20,668 bases of DNA, from assembly GCA_038243585.1 (NCBI GenBank), contig JBBSQY010000054.1, positions 1-20,668 of the forward strand, given 5' to 3'. Each line of letters opens with the position of its first letter. Position 1 is the stretch's first letter. The notes under the pieces were generated by a model. The model saw only the letters and a program-made list of their open reading frames with translations, was not told where the DNA came from and made no database searches. Origin of the DNA: Candidatus Sumerlaeales bacterium. GTDB taxonomy: Bacteria; Sumerlaeota; Sumerlaeia; Sumerlaeales; Sumerlaeaceae. Positions 1 to 8,333 of the stretch are shown piece by piece. A program made the translations under genes and the position numbers.

Positions 1-301
1 ACAACCCCAGCGAAACCACGAAAGGCAAACCTCCAGTTAAACATAAAAAAAACAAGAGTGAAGGAAACACGCCCACTCAACTTGACTCAAACCTGATAAA
101 CTAAAACTCCAAAACTAACGGGCTATACGCTTGTTTAAGGTCTAGAGTATTTTAGTACCTTTATAAAACTCAAGGAAGCTGGTTCTTTTCGATCTACGCG
201 CAAGGAAAATAATCGTATTAAACACGTAGCTATACCCCGTGGGTGCTGCTTTTAAAGTCTCAGCGAGATTTAGAGAAACGAATCCCAATCCTATAAATTG
301 C

Positions 302-325
302 GTTTCAAGGCAATATTCCGGGTGT
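302..325 (+). promoter_or_regulatory. Possible SigB/SigF-like general-stress promoter (GTTTCA-N12-GGGTGT)
   Basis: GTTTCA at 302-307 and GGGTGT at 320-325, each one mismatch from the B. subtilis SigB consensus GTTTAA-N12-14-GGGTAT. It lies about 55 nt upstream of a DUF892 stress gene. Confidence 0.25.
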
Positions 326-379
326 CTTTAGCGCACGATTTTCGCTTTACTGTATACAAAACTACAGGAGGCCTTTAAA

Positions 380-886
380 ATGGCTAACGATCAACCCGCT
401 AAACTTTACCTTCAATGGATGAATGACGCTTACTCTCAGGAACTGGCCCTGGTCCCGGTGCTGGAGAATCACGCGAAGGACCTGGAGGCTCACGGACTTG
501 ATTCCGCGCGCGTCCGTCAACACGTGACAGAGACACAGCGTCATGCGGAAAGCATGAAAGAATGCATCACCCGCGCAGGCGGTGAAGTCTCTGCATTAAA
601 GGGAGCATTAGGGAAAACGATCGGCGCGGTTCACAGCGTGTCATCGGCAATCTTCAGCGATGAGCTGATTAAGAATTGCCTTTCAGACTTTGCCGCGGAA
701 AATATGGAAATTGCGTCATACACTTCCCTGATTGCGGCGGCCGAAAGCATCGGCGATACACAAACGGCAACGACCTGCAAAGCGATTTTAGATGAAGAAA
801 TCAGAATGGCAGACTGGCTGAAGGATCAAATCCCAGTGATTACACTGCATATGATGGATGACGCGAAAACCGACGCGCACAAGTAG
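380..886 (+). CDS. Ferritin-like DUF892 (YciE/YciF family) stress protein
   Basis: 168 aa with strong SD CAGGAGG at 365-371. Four-helix di-metal motifs W.NDAYSQE, QHVTETQRH, FAAENMEIASY..LIAAAE..G and ILDEE..MADWL match YciE-type proteins. Confidence 0.9.
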   Translation: MANDQPAKLYLQWMNDAYSQELALVPVLENHAKDLEAHGLDSARVRQHVTETQRHAESMKECITRAGGEVSALKGALGKTIGAVHSVSSAIFSDELIKNCLSDFAAENMEIASYTSLIAAAESIGDTQTATTCKAILDEEIRMADWLKDQIPVITLHMMDDAKTDAHK

Positions 887-893
887 ATAACAA

Positions 894-923
894 AAATCTC
901 CAGCCAGGATTTGGCGGGGATTT
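894..923 (+). terminator. Imperfect hairpin just downstream of the DUF892 gene, possible weak terminator
   Basis: AAATCTCC-A-GCCAG / TTGGC-GGGGATTT pairs with one bulge and G.U pairs. Only a short T run is present. Confidence 0.35.
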
Positions 924-939
924 AAATTGCATCAACAAA

Positions 940-974
940 GAAAAAAGCCCCGGCGAAACTTCATGCCGGGGCTT
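940..974 (-). terminator. Rho-independent terminator of the beta-helix gene
   Basis: Perfect 10-bp stem AAGCCCCGGC (945-954) / GCCGGGGCTT (965-974) with an A-tract on its left on the + strand, i.e. a U-tract on the minus-strand transcript, 26 nt after the stop at 1001. Confidence 0.85.
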
Positions 975-1000
975 GTGATTTTATTACAGGTTATTGGCTG

Positions 1001-2494
1001 TTAGTATAGTTCCCAGTCATTCACGTTTGCAACACCAACATAGTCGGCTCCGCCTGCCAACGGCGCGCCTGCTGTACCGGCCGTCGCGTACTCAGGACCA
1101 TTGACATCCATATAGGTTGCGAGAAGTCCGTTTAACGAAACGTAGGCGGGATCCGCATTGATATTGCTGACTTCGGTTATTGTGCCTTTGGCCCCAATTG
1201 CGTTTGGTCCACTTGTCGGCAAACCAGATTTTGAGACTGTTACTCCACCGGCTGGCAGACCAGTTGCGTTTAGACCGGCAAACTTAGTTCCAGCTCCGCT
1301 GATAATGGAATCCTTTACCGTTAAGCTACCGGCGGCCCGAACTCCTGCCGAACCTTCAATGCCAAGATACGCGGCTGTCGGAGTATTTATAGTAACCCTA
1401 TCCCATGTGGACGGTACCCTCGTGATGTCTACAACGCCATAGTTAGGAACATTAATAATAACATCCGACAAAGTTATTTGACCACTCGCGCCGCTGATAC
1501 CTCGCGACGCATTTGTTCCAGGAGGAGTCCCTGCGGAGCCTTCGGAATAAATTAACGTGTGACTGATGTTTGTTTGATGACCGAGAGTGCTTCCTGAAAT
1601 TGCTATCCCGTGGCCACCTACAAGAGGGAACAGAGAGGCTGTGCAGTTAAGTGGACCTTCGGTTTGGTCAACACCTGTAATTGTGGCTACCGCCGCAGGG
1701 TTTGATCCTCCGACCTCAAAGTTGTGAAATCCGGCGTATGCGCTAAGACAATTATGAATTTTGATGAACTCAGGGCCAACTCCGTCGTTTCTTAACGTGG
1801 TATTGCTTGATGCGCCATAGTAAAACACACAATTATCTAATATCAGCTGAGCTGATTCTCCAGCGTCATTAAAAAATTGCAGCAGCTTAGAGCTACCGCT
1901 GCGCGCTGGTCCACCACGGGGTGTCGGTGGTAGTAGAGCCGAGGCCTTATCAACGGCCATTGGGTCTCCGGCCGCGTTGACTTCCGTAAAAACGCAGTTA
2001 TAAAAGCTTATAAGGTTCATAGTTGTATTACCGACCGACTCATCAAATCTCACCAATTCATCTATCGGCATAGATGCGGGTGTTGAGATAGACCGGGTAA
2101 AGATGAGGTCGCGGAAGGATACGTCATGAACATCCTGATTTATAAAAATTCCGTCATCAGTACCAATTGTCTGTCCAAGTTTTAGCTTTAATATAACCTT
2201 TGTACCGGAAGTATCCGACTCCAAAGCTATGTCGCCAACAATATCACCCTGGCCAATAACTGCCTGATCAAGAGTAATGCCTTCGTCGTACGGACCGGAA
2301 CCAGCCTTGATTTTAATTACAAAAGGCGCTGTTTCACCCGCATTGCTGCCACCGGAGGCATAGCTGCTGATCGCAGCCTGCACGGTCGTGAAATTACCAC
2401 TGCCTGCGCTATCGACCAGCACAGGATTTGCCGCTGATGCGACACTGGCTAAACCCGCCAGAGTCAGGGCGCTGAAAATATGTTTGGTATACAA
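1001..2494 (-). CDS. Secreted right-handed beta-helix (pectin lyase/pectinesterase-like fold) protein with C-terminal VNDWELY tail
   Basis: The ORF track starts at 2533, but TTG at 2494 after purine-rich AAAGAAAGAG gives a clean Sec signal peptide (M)YTKHIFSALTLAGLASVASA|AN. The mature N-terminus VLVDSAGSGNFTTVQAAI...IKIKAGSGPYDE resembles the pectinesterase-type cap. Repeating FYNCVF, LDNCVF, IHNCL and VKDSII rungs and a closing NINADPAY segment are typical of beta-helix proteins. Substrate cannot be assigned. Confidence 0.75.
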   Translation of the reverse strand: MYTKHIFSALTLAGLASVASAANPVLVDSAGSGNFTTVQAAISSYASGGSNAGETAPFVIKIKAGSGPYDEGITLDQAVIGQGDIVGDIALESDTSGTKVILKLKLGQTIGTDDGIFINQDVHDVSFRDLIFTRSISTPASMPIDELVRFDESVGNTTMNLISFYNCVFTEVNAAGDPMAVDKASALLPPTPRGGPARSGSSKLLQFFNDAGESAQLILDNCVFYYGASSNTTLRNDGVGPEFIKIHNCLSAYAGFHNFEVGGSNPAAVATITGVDQTEGPLNCTASLFPLVGGHGIAISGSTLGHQTNISHTLIYSEGSAGTPPGTNASRGISGASGQITLSDVIINVPNYGVVDITRVPSTWDRVTINTPTAAYLGIEGSAGVRAAGSLTVKDSIISGAGTKFAGLNATGLPAGGVTVSKSGLPTSGPNAIGAKGTITEVSNINADPAYVSLNGLLATYMDVNGPEYATAGTAGAPLAGGADYVGVANVNDWELY

Positions 2495-2752
2495 GTACGG
2501 TTCTCTTTCTTTGTTCCAAATGGTCTTGCTCACTCAAGGTGGTATACGGGCTGGATGCCTAATACTGTAATGTATAGCACTTTGGAGTGCCTGCCACTCA
2601 TTATTATTGAAAACTCACAAAGAAGATCCCGTAAAGGTGGCTTGCCGAGCCCTTCCAGTCACCCATATGCCATGCTAAGAATGCCGAATTTAAAGTTTTA
2701 TGAAAAAAGACGACAAATAACCCATCTCGAACCAGTTTGCGAAGAAGAAACC

Positions 2753-2781
2753 TTGACAAAGCAATTGCGGGGGTATAAATA
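2753..2781 (+). promoter_or_regulatory. Putative sigma70-type promoter for the kinase/c-di-GMP operon
   Basis: Perfect TTGACA at 2753-2758 with an A-rich upstream tract. The -10 is imperfect: TATAAA at 2774 (15-nt spacer) or TAAATA at 2776 (17-nt spacer). Confidence 0.4.
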
Positions 2782-2872
2782 TAAGATAATGATGATTGGA
2801 TAAGCCGAGCGAAAGGTTGCTCCGCTTTTCCCTCCACTTACCGGCACCTTATGCTGAACGGATGCAAGTTCT

Positions 2873-5800
2873 ATGAAAAGCGATTCAAGCCAAAATAATT
2901 CCGCGGGACGGAGCGAGTTTTCCGGCGGGGAGATAAACCTGTCGTTTGTGCGGGATGAAACCGAACGCAAACGAGCGGAGCAGTTGCTTCTGGATACAGT
3001 CGCCTATGCGGAAAGCATCATTGAAACCGTCAGGGAACCCCTGGTCATTCTCGGACAGGATCTCCGCGTGAGAACAGCCAGCCGGGCCTTTTACCAGGCC
3101 TTTCAGGTCATTCCCTCCGAGACAGAAAACCAGTTGCTGTACGATTTGGGCAATGGGCAGTGGGACATCCCCAAGTTGCGCACCTTATTAGAAGAGATTC
3201 TACCGCAGAATAATCAGTTTAATGATTTCGAGGTGGAACATACCTTTGAGGGCATCGGCCACCGAAACATGCTGCTTAACGCCCGGCGTATTCACCTCCA
3301 GGGGAATCAGACAGAACTCATTCTGCTGGCCATCGAAGACATTACCGACCGCAGGCAAACCGAGCAGTTGATCCTCGACACAGTGGCGTATGCGGAAAGC
3401 ATCGTCGAAACCGTCCGGGAACCCCTGGTTATTCTCAGCCAGGACCTTCGTGTAAAAACGGCAAGCCGGTCATTTTACGAATCCTTTAAGGTCGTACCGG
3501 AAAAGACGGAGAACCAGCTTCTCTACAACCTGGGCAATGGTCAGTGGGACATACCCATCCTGCGGACGCTGCTGGAGGAAATCCTCCCACAGAACAACCA
3601 GTTCAATGACTTCGAAGTGGAGCACACCTTCGAGGACATTGGCCACCGGATCATGCTGCTCAATGCCCGCCGCATTCATCAGCAGGGCAATCAATCCGAA
3701 CTGATTCTCCTGGCGATCGAGGACATCACCGAGCGCAAGCGGGTGCAAGAAGAGCTGACCTCCGCAAAGCAGAGAGCGGAAGAAGCCACCGCCATGAAGT
3801 CCATGTTTCTAGCGAACATGAGCCATGAGATTCGCACCCCCATGAATGCCGTCATCGGCTTATCAGTGCTTGCTCTGAAGACTGATCTAAACCCGAAACA
3901 GATGGACTATGTTACTAAAATTTATAATGCAGGCGTTACCATATTAAGCCTGATTAACGACATCCTCGATTTCTCGAAAATTGAAGCGGGAAAACTGGAT
4001 ATGGAGGAAATGGATTTCATCTTCGACGAGATGATCAATAACGTATCCTCCATCGTTACCGAAAAGGCTGCCGGCAAGGGCTTGACATTTTCCCTTCAGA
4101 TACCGTCGGATATTCCGCAGAATCTGGTGGGTGATCCGTTGCGGCTGGGCCAGGTACTTATTAATCTGATTGAAAACGCCGTAAAATTCACAGGCGCGGG
4201 CGATGTCGAGGTTGCGGTAGAGGTTGTGGAGCAGACCGGCGAACGGGCCAAACTGCGCTTCGCGGTACGCGACACTGGCATCGGGATGAACCAGGAGCAG
4301 GTGGCAAAGCTTTTCCAACCTTTTGCCCAGGCGGATGGTTCGACTACCCGCAAGTTTGGGGGCACAGGGCTGGGGCTCAGCATAAGCAAGCGCCTCGTGG
4401 AGATTATGGGAGGTCAAATCTGGGTTGAAAGTCAGATAGGCAAAGGCAGCACGTTCGTTTTTACTGCCTGGTTTGGAACTGCGAGCAAAGTTACAAAGCG
4501 GGTAATTCCCGAGCGACTGGCCGGGCTGCGAGTTTTAATCGTAGACGACACCCCATCGGATTGGCGGGCGCTTATCAGAAATCTAGAAGCGCTTTCTTTT
4601 GCGGTCGATCTCGCCACGTCGGGCGACGATGCCATCAAGCTTATAAAACGACACGATGCAACGAACCGCTATAGTATCATTTTTATGGACTGGCGAATGC
4701 ACGAGATGGACGGGATCGAGGCAACCCGGCTTATCAAGTCGGATCGAACCTTGATCAATAAGCCCCCTATCGTCGTCGTAACAGCCGTTGGCCGGGAAGA
4801 AATTCGAAAACACGCCCTCACAGCCGGAGCTGATGGATTTCTCGTAAAGCCAGTCACGCCATCTTTACTCATTGAAACGTTTATCGAGCTCTACGCTCCC
4901 GAGGAATCAATGGATGCCTCGGCAACCGTTTTTGAAACTAAACAGTTCGGAGTAATAGACGCGCATATCCTGCTTGTGGAGGATAACGAGATTAATCAGC
5001 AGATAGCCACTGAACTGCTGACCGCAGCGGGCGCCAATGTGGAGATAGCAGTCAATGGTCGCGTGGCAGTTGATAAGGTAAAAGCTGGCGGAGTCCCATC
5101 GCCGTATGATGTGGTACTTATGGATATACAGATGCCGGAAATGGACGGTTACGAAGCGACCAAACTTATACGGGCGGATGGACGCTTCGACGACTTGCCG
5201 ATTATCGCTATGACGGCCCATGCCATGATGGAAGAAAGACAGCGGTGCCATGACGCCGGAATGATCGATCACATTACAAAACCTATTGATCCCCAGGCCA
5301 TGTTTGAAACTATCAGCCACTGGTGTAAACCGCGTTTACAAAAAAAGCTGGATCAATTAGCATCACCTCAGCCCGATAAGCCCGCAGAACTGGTAATTCC
5401 CGATATGCCACGCATTAACGTGGTTGATGGTCTGGCTCGGGTCGCTGGAAATAGGAAACTCTACCTGGATCTTCTTCGCAAGTTCGCGGCGAGCCACGCC
5501 AGTGTAGCTGTAACGATAGAAGCGGCGCTGGAACGTGGGGATAAAGAACTTGCTCAACAGCTTGCGCATACAGCTAAGGGCGTTGCGGGAAACATTGGGG
5601 CGATAAGCGTCTTAATCATGGCGGGGGAACTTGAACACTCCATCCGGAATAACGAAAAGCAAGACGGCACAGCGGCAGTCCTAAAGCAGTTTGCCGACGC
5701 AATTAATGATGTCATCGCAGACATTCACTCGGCGATTGGCAACCAGCCTTTGACTTCTGACCCGTCCATCACAGAGACAGACACTCGCACTGGTACGGAA

Positions 5801-6010
5801 ATGAAAATCGTAAAGCTGGCGGGCTATCTTCAAAATCATGATAGCGAATCTGTCTACTATTTTGAGTCAATTGAACCGCATTTGCGGCGGGCGGTCGATA
5901 AAAAAGCGCTTGCTCATCTGAAACAATGCATTAATTGTTACGCCTTTAAAGAGGCAAATAAGACTTTGGAAGCGATTGCGGAAGGGCTGCACATGAATGT
6001 GCAGGAATGA
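2873..6010 (+). CDS. Cytoplasmic hybrid sensor histidine kinase (PAS-PAS-HisKA-HATPase_c-REC-REC-HPt)
   Basis: Two PAS/PAC repeats; H-box [19 protein letters not shown]-box [15 protein letters not shown]1 DTGIG; G2 [12 protein letters not shown]1 (LIVDD...FMDW...KP); REC2 (LLVEDN...[11 protein letters not shown]...KP); HPt [14 protein letters not shown]. No transmembrane segment is evident. Confidence 0.95.
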   Translation: MKSDSSQNNSAGRSEFSGGEINLSFVRDETERKRAEQLLLDTVAYAESIIETVREPLVILGQDLRVRTASRAFYQAFQVIPSETENQLLYDLGNGQWDIPKLRTLLEEILPQNNQFNDFEVEHTFEGIGHRNMLLNARRIHLQGNQTELILLAIEDITDRRQTEQLILDTVAYAESIVETVREPLVILSQDLRVKTASRSFYESFKVVPEKTENQLLYNLGNGQWDIPILRTLLEEILPQNNQFNDFEVEHTFEDIGHRIMLLNARRIHQQGNQSELILLAIEDITERKRVQEELTSAKQRAEEATAMKSMFLANMSHEIRTPMNAVIGLSVLALKTDLNPKQMDYVTKIYNAGVTILSLINDILDFSKIEAGKLDMEEMDFIFDEMINNVSSIVTEKAAGKGLTFSLQIPSDIPQNLVGDPLRLGQVLINLIENAVKFTGAGDVEVAVEVVEQTGERAKLRFAVRDTGIGMNQEQVAKLFQPFAQADGSTTRKFGGTGLGLSISKRLVEIMGGQIWVESQIGKGSTFVFTAWFGTASKVTKRVIPERLAGLRVLIVDDTPSDWRALIRNLEALSFAVDLATSGDDAIKLIKRHDATNRYSIIFMDWRMHEMDGIEATRLIKSDRTLINKPPIVVVTAVGREEIRKHALTAGADGFLVKPVTPSLLIETFIELYAPEESMDASATVFETKQFGVIDAHILLVEDNEINQQIATELLTAAGANVEIAVNGRVAVDKVKAGGVPSPYDVVLMDIQMPEMDGYEATKLIRADGRFDDLPIIAMTAHAMMEERQRCHDAGMIDHITKPIDPQAMFETISHWCKPRLQKKLDQLASPQPDKPAELVIPDMPRINVVDGLARVAGNRKLYLDLLRKFAASHASVAVTIEAALERGDKELAQQLAHTAKGVAGNIGAISVLIMAGELEHSIRNNEKQDGTAAVLKQFADAINDVIADIHSAIGNQPLTSDPSITETDTRTGTEMKIVKLAGYLQNHDSESVYYFESIEPHLRRAVDKKALAHLKQCINCYAFKEANKTLEAIAEGLHMNVQE
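2960..3727 (+). repeat. Intragenic tandem duplication of a 384-bp (128-codon) PAS/PAC module
   Basis: Units 2960-3343 and 3344-3727. The shared TATGCGGAAAGCATC occurs at 3005 and 3389 (offset 384). My hand count gives 21 amino-acid differences in 128 (about 84% identity), plus many synonymous changes. Confidence 0.95.
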
Positions 6011-7860
6011 GGGCAGTGGATATAATTTCGGCTGAAATATCTAAGCAGATTGTGCTGGTAGTGGACGATACGCCAGACAACCTTGCCATACTTAGTTCTC
6101 TTCTGCGTGGGCGCTATCGCACTATGGTGGCTACGAACGGGGCGGATGCCCTGGAAATCGCTCGTCGCACAGAGCAGCATCCCGATCTCATACTGCTGGA
6201 CATCTGCATGCGGGGGATGGACGGGTACGAAGTATGTCGACGACTCAAGGCCGACGAATGTCTAAAGAACGTACCTGTCATATTTCTCAGCGCTCTCAAT
6301 GAGCCGATGGACAAGGTAAAGGCTTTTGGGCTGGGCTGCATCGATTATATCACTAAGCCGTTCAACGCTGAAGAGGTTCAGGCGCGGGTAGAGACGCATC
6401 TGAAAGTTCGACGGTTACAAGTTGAACTGGAAAACCAGAACCGGCTGTTGAAGGATTATAATGAGCAGCTTCGATTGTCCCATGCTGTCAACGATGAGCA
6501 GTTTGTTAACATCGCAGCCATGCAGACAACCCAGGACCAGCTTCGGCACACCGCGCGCCAGGATCCCTTGACCGGCCTCGCAAACCGGACCGCTTTTATG
6601 TTGGCCATTCAGTACGGGCTCGACCGAAAATTACGCACGCCAAATTACTCCTTCGCCGTTCTGTTCATCGATCTGGACCGGTTTAAATCGATAAACGACA
6701 GCATGGGGCATCTGGTCGGAGACGCTCTCTTTGTGCAGGTTGCTCAACGGCTGCTGGACTGCGTTCGCCCTACAGATTTTGTGGGGCGGCTTGGAGGAGA
6801 CGAATTCACAGTGCTTCTGGAGGACGTAGGTGATCTTTGTGTTGGGGTCGACGCCACAAAGATAGCCAGTCGTATTTTAACAGATCTGGCGCGGCCTTTT
6901 GAAGTCGGCGGAAAAATCATTAATACGTCGGCAAGCATCGGTATTGCCTTAAGTTCCGCGGATTATGCGTGCCCAGATGATGTAATACGAGACGCCGATA
7001 CCGCAATGTACAAAGCAAAAGAAGATGGAAGGGATTGCTTTAGAATTGCCGATCTCGCCATGCATAAGCGCGCCCTTAAGCAGCTCGAGCTGGAAATCGA
7101 CCTGCGGGACGCAGTGGATAAACAACAGTTTATCGTGCATTATCAACCTATTGTTGCTCTGACTGACGGAAAGCCTCAAGGGTTTGAAGCACTCGTTCGA
7201 TGGAATCACCCGCAAAAAGGGATGATTCCTCCCCTTGATTTCATTCCCATAGCAGAGGATACCGGCCTTATAGTGACGATTGGCAATTGGGTTCTCCGCG
7301 AGGCATGTACCTGGATCGCGAATGTAAACCGCGACCGCCAAACTTCTGAGCAATTAACCATTAACGTCAACGTGTCGCCAAGCCAGCTTCGGCATTCCCA
7401 ATTCGTAGATTTGGCAACTTCTGTTCTTGTGGATTTAAAACTTTCACCCGGCACCCTCCGACTGGAAATAACTGAAGGGACTGTGGTCGAACATGTGGCT
7501 ACCGTGGACCAGGTTCTTTCCCAACTTAAGGAGCTGGATATTGAGTTGCAGGTGGATGACTTTGGCACCGGTTATTCTTCGCTGGCATACCTGCACCGGT
7601 TGCCTATCGACGCACTTAAAATTGACCGATCATTTGTCTCCGAGATGGAAACGAGCAAAGAGTCGGTCGAAATTATTCGGGCGATTTTGGCTCTAGCCGA
7701 CGGCCTCGGAGTAGGTGTGGTAGCCGAGGGCGTGGAGACCACAGCCCAGGCCGAAACCTTGAGGGAAATGGGATGCAACCTTGCGCAGGGGTATTATTTC
7801 GCAAAGCCCATGACGGCGGAAGCTGCACGGGAGTTTGTCGCAAGAGCAGCAGTGGTGTGA
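6007..7860 (+). CDS. Response regulator with diguanylate cyclase and phosphodiesterase domains (REC-GGDEF-EAL)
   Basis: ATGA overlap with the kinase stop. REC (LVVDD, LILLD, ITKPF); [32 protein letters not shown]-site followed by RLGGDEF; EAL domain with [35 protein letters not shown] and QGYYF all intact. Confidence 0.95.
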   Translation: MRAVDIISAEISKQIVLVVDDTPDNLAILSSLLRGRYRTMVATNGADALEIARRTEQHPDLILLDICMRGMDGYEVCRRLKADECLKNVPVIFLSALNEPMDKVKAFGLGCIDYITKPFNAEEVQARVETHLKVRRLQVELENQNRLLKDYNEQLRLSHAVNDEQFVNIAAMQTTQDQLRHTARQDPLTGLANRTAFMLAIQYGLDRKLRTPNYSFAVLFIDLDRFKSINDSMGHLVGDALFVQVAQRLLDCVRPTDFVGRLGGDEFTVLLEDVGDLCVGVDATKIASRILTDLARPFEVGGKIINTSASIGIALSSADYACPDDVIRDADTAMYKAKEDGRDCFRIADLAMHKRALKQLELEIDLRDAVDKQQFIVHYQPIVALTDGKPQGFEALVRWNHPQKGMIPPLDFIPIAEDTGLIVTIGNWVLREACTWIANVNRDRQTSEQLTINVNVSPSQLRHSQFVDLATSVLVDLKLSPGTLRLEITEGTVVEHVATVDQVLSQLKELDIELQVDDFGTGYSSLAYLHRLPIDALKIDRSFVSEMETSKESVEIIRAILALADGLGVGVVAEGVETTAQAETLREMGCNLAQGYYFAKPMTAEAAREFVARAAVV

Positions 7861-7872
7861 GCGGGCTGAAGT

Positions 7873-8193
7873 TCAGGTAGACATTTTCAGGCCCATAATT
7901 CCGACCAGTATAAGCAAAATTGATCCCAGCCGCATCACGGTAGCGCTTTCTCCGAAAAGGATAATGCCGAGAACCGCAGCACCTACTGTCCCAATGCCGG
8001 TCCATACGGCGTAGCCCGTACCGATGGGTATATGTTTAAGGGCAACCGCAAGCATCGTCATGCTGGCAATCATACACAGAACGGTGAGAACACTGGGGAC
8101 AAGACGCGTGAAGCCATGGGTGTATTTAAGTCCGATGGCCCAGCCGATTTCTAGCAGACCGGCAGCGACGAGTAGGAGCCAGGATTTTGTCAT
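7873..8193 (-). CDS. gdx: SMR-family guanidinium exporter (Gdx/SugE subtype)
   Basis: 106 aa with four TM helices. [18 protein letters not shown] carries the membrane Glu and the Gdx-type Trp, followed by YAVWTGIG and GLK. It closely resembles E. coli SugE/Gdx. Confidence 0.9.
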   Translation of the reverse strand: MTKSWLLLVAAGLLEIGWAIGLKYTHGFTRLVPSVLTVLCMIASMTMLAVALKHIPIGTGYAVWTGIGTVGAAVLGIILFGESATVMRLGSILLILVGIMGLKMST

Positions 8194-8333
8194 TTCAAAT
8201 GGTCTTTTCGTATATAGATTATGCAGGACATACCAGCATTAAAAGTGTCGCATGACATGCACTTACCCTTATGAGTTGTGGGGCTATACCAAACGAGCTC
8301 TTACAGGCGGGGAGTATACGCTACTTTTTTTTG

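Noticed and set aside
1..44. Possible start of a minus-strand gene (ATG at 44; MFNWRFAFRGFAGV...)
   Set aside because: Only 14 codons are visible and there is no SD, so it cannot be supported from this window.
1..60. Resemblance to a c-di-GMP-I (GEMM) riboswitch: GAAA...GGCAAACCTCCAGTTAAAC
   Set aside because: The GAAA is not enclosed by a pairing stem, the GGGACGCAAAGCC-type junction is missing, and the region is cut by the window edge. A cmscan with upstream sequence would settle it.
2577..2599. Overlapping mini-hairpins GCACT/AGTGC and GAGTG/CACTC upstream of the beta-helix gene (a GAGTG...CACTC pair also occurs at 56-78)
   Set aside because: The 5-bp stems with different spacers are too short to support a switch or a shared operator.
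2480..2970. ORFs 2480-2803 (+), 2604-2837 (-) and 2698-2970 (-) in the divergent intergenic region
   Set aside because: No recognisable motifs or RBS. They overlap real gene starts and the putative promoter, so they are likely spurious.
2960..3727. 384-bp direct repeat as a mobile element, CRISPR or assembly duplication
   Set aside because: The copies are in frame, diverge mostly at synonymous sites and encode PAS domains. There are no spacers, terminal inverted repeats or transposase.
7861..7872. Convergent gene ends with very short gaps and no terminator (also 15320-15334), suggesting antisense overlap regulation
   Set aside because: This is common in compact genomes and can be explained by Rho-dependent termination; there are no transcript data to support more.
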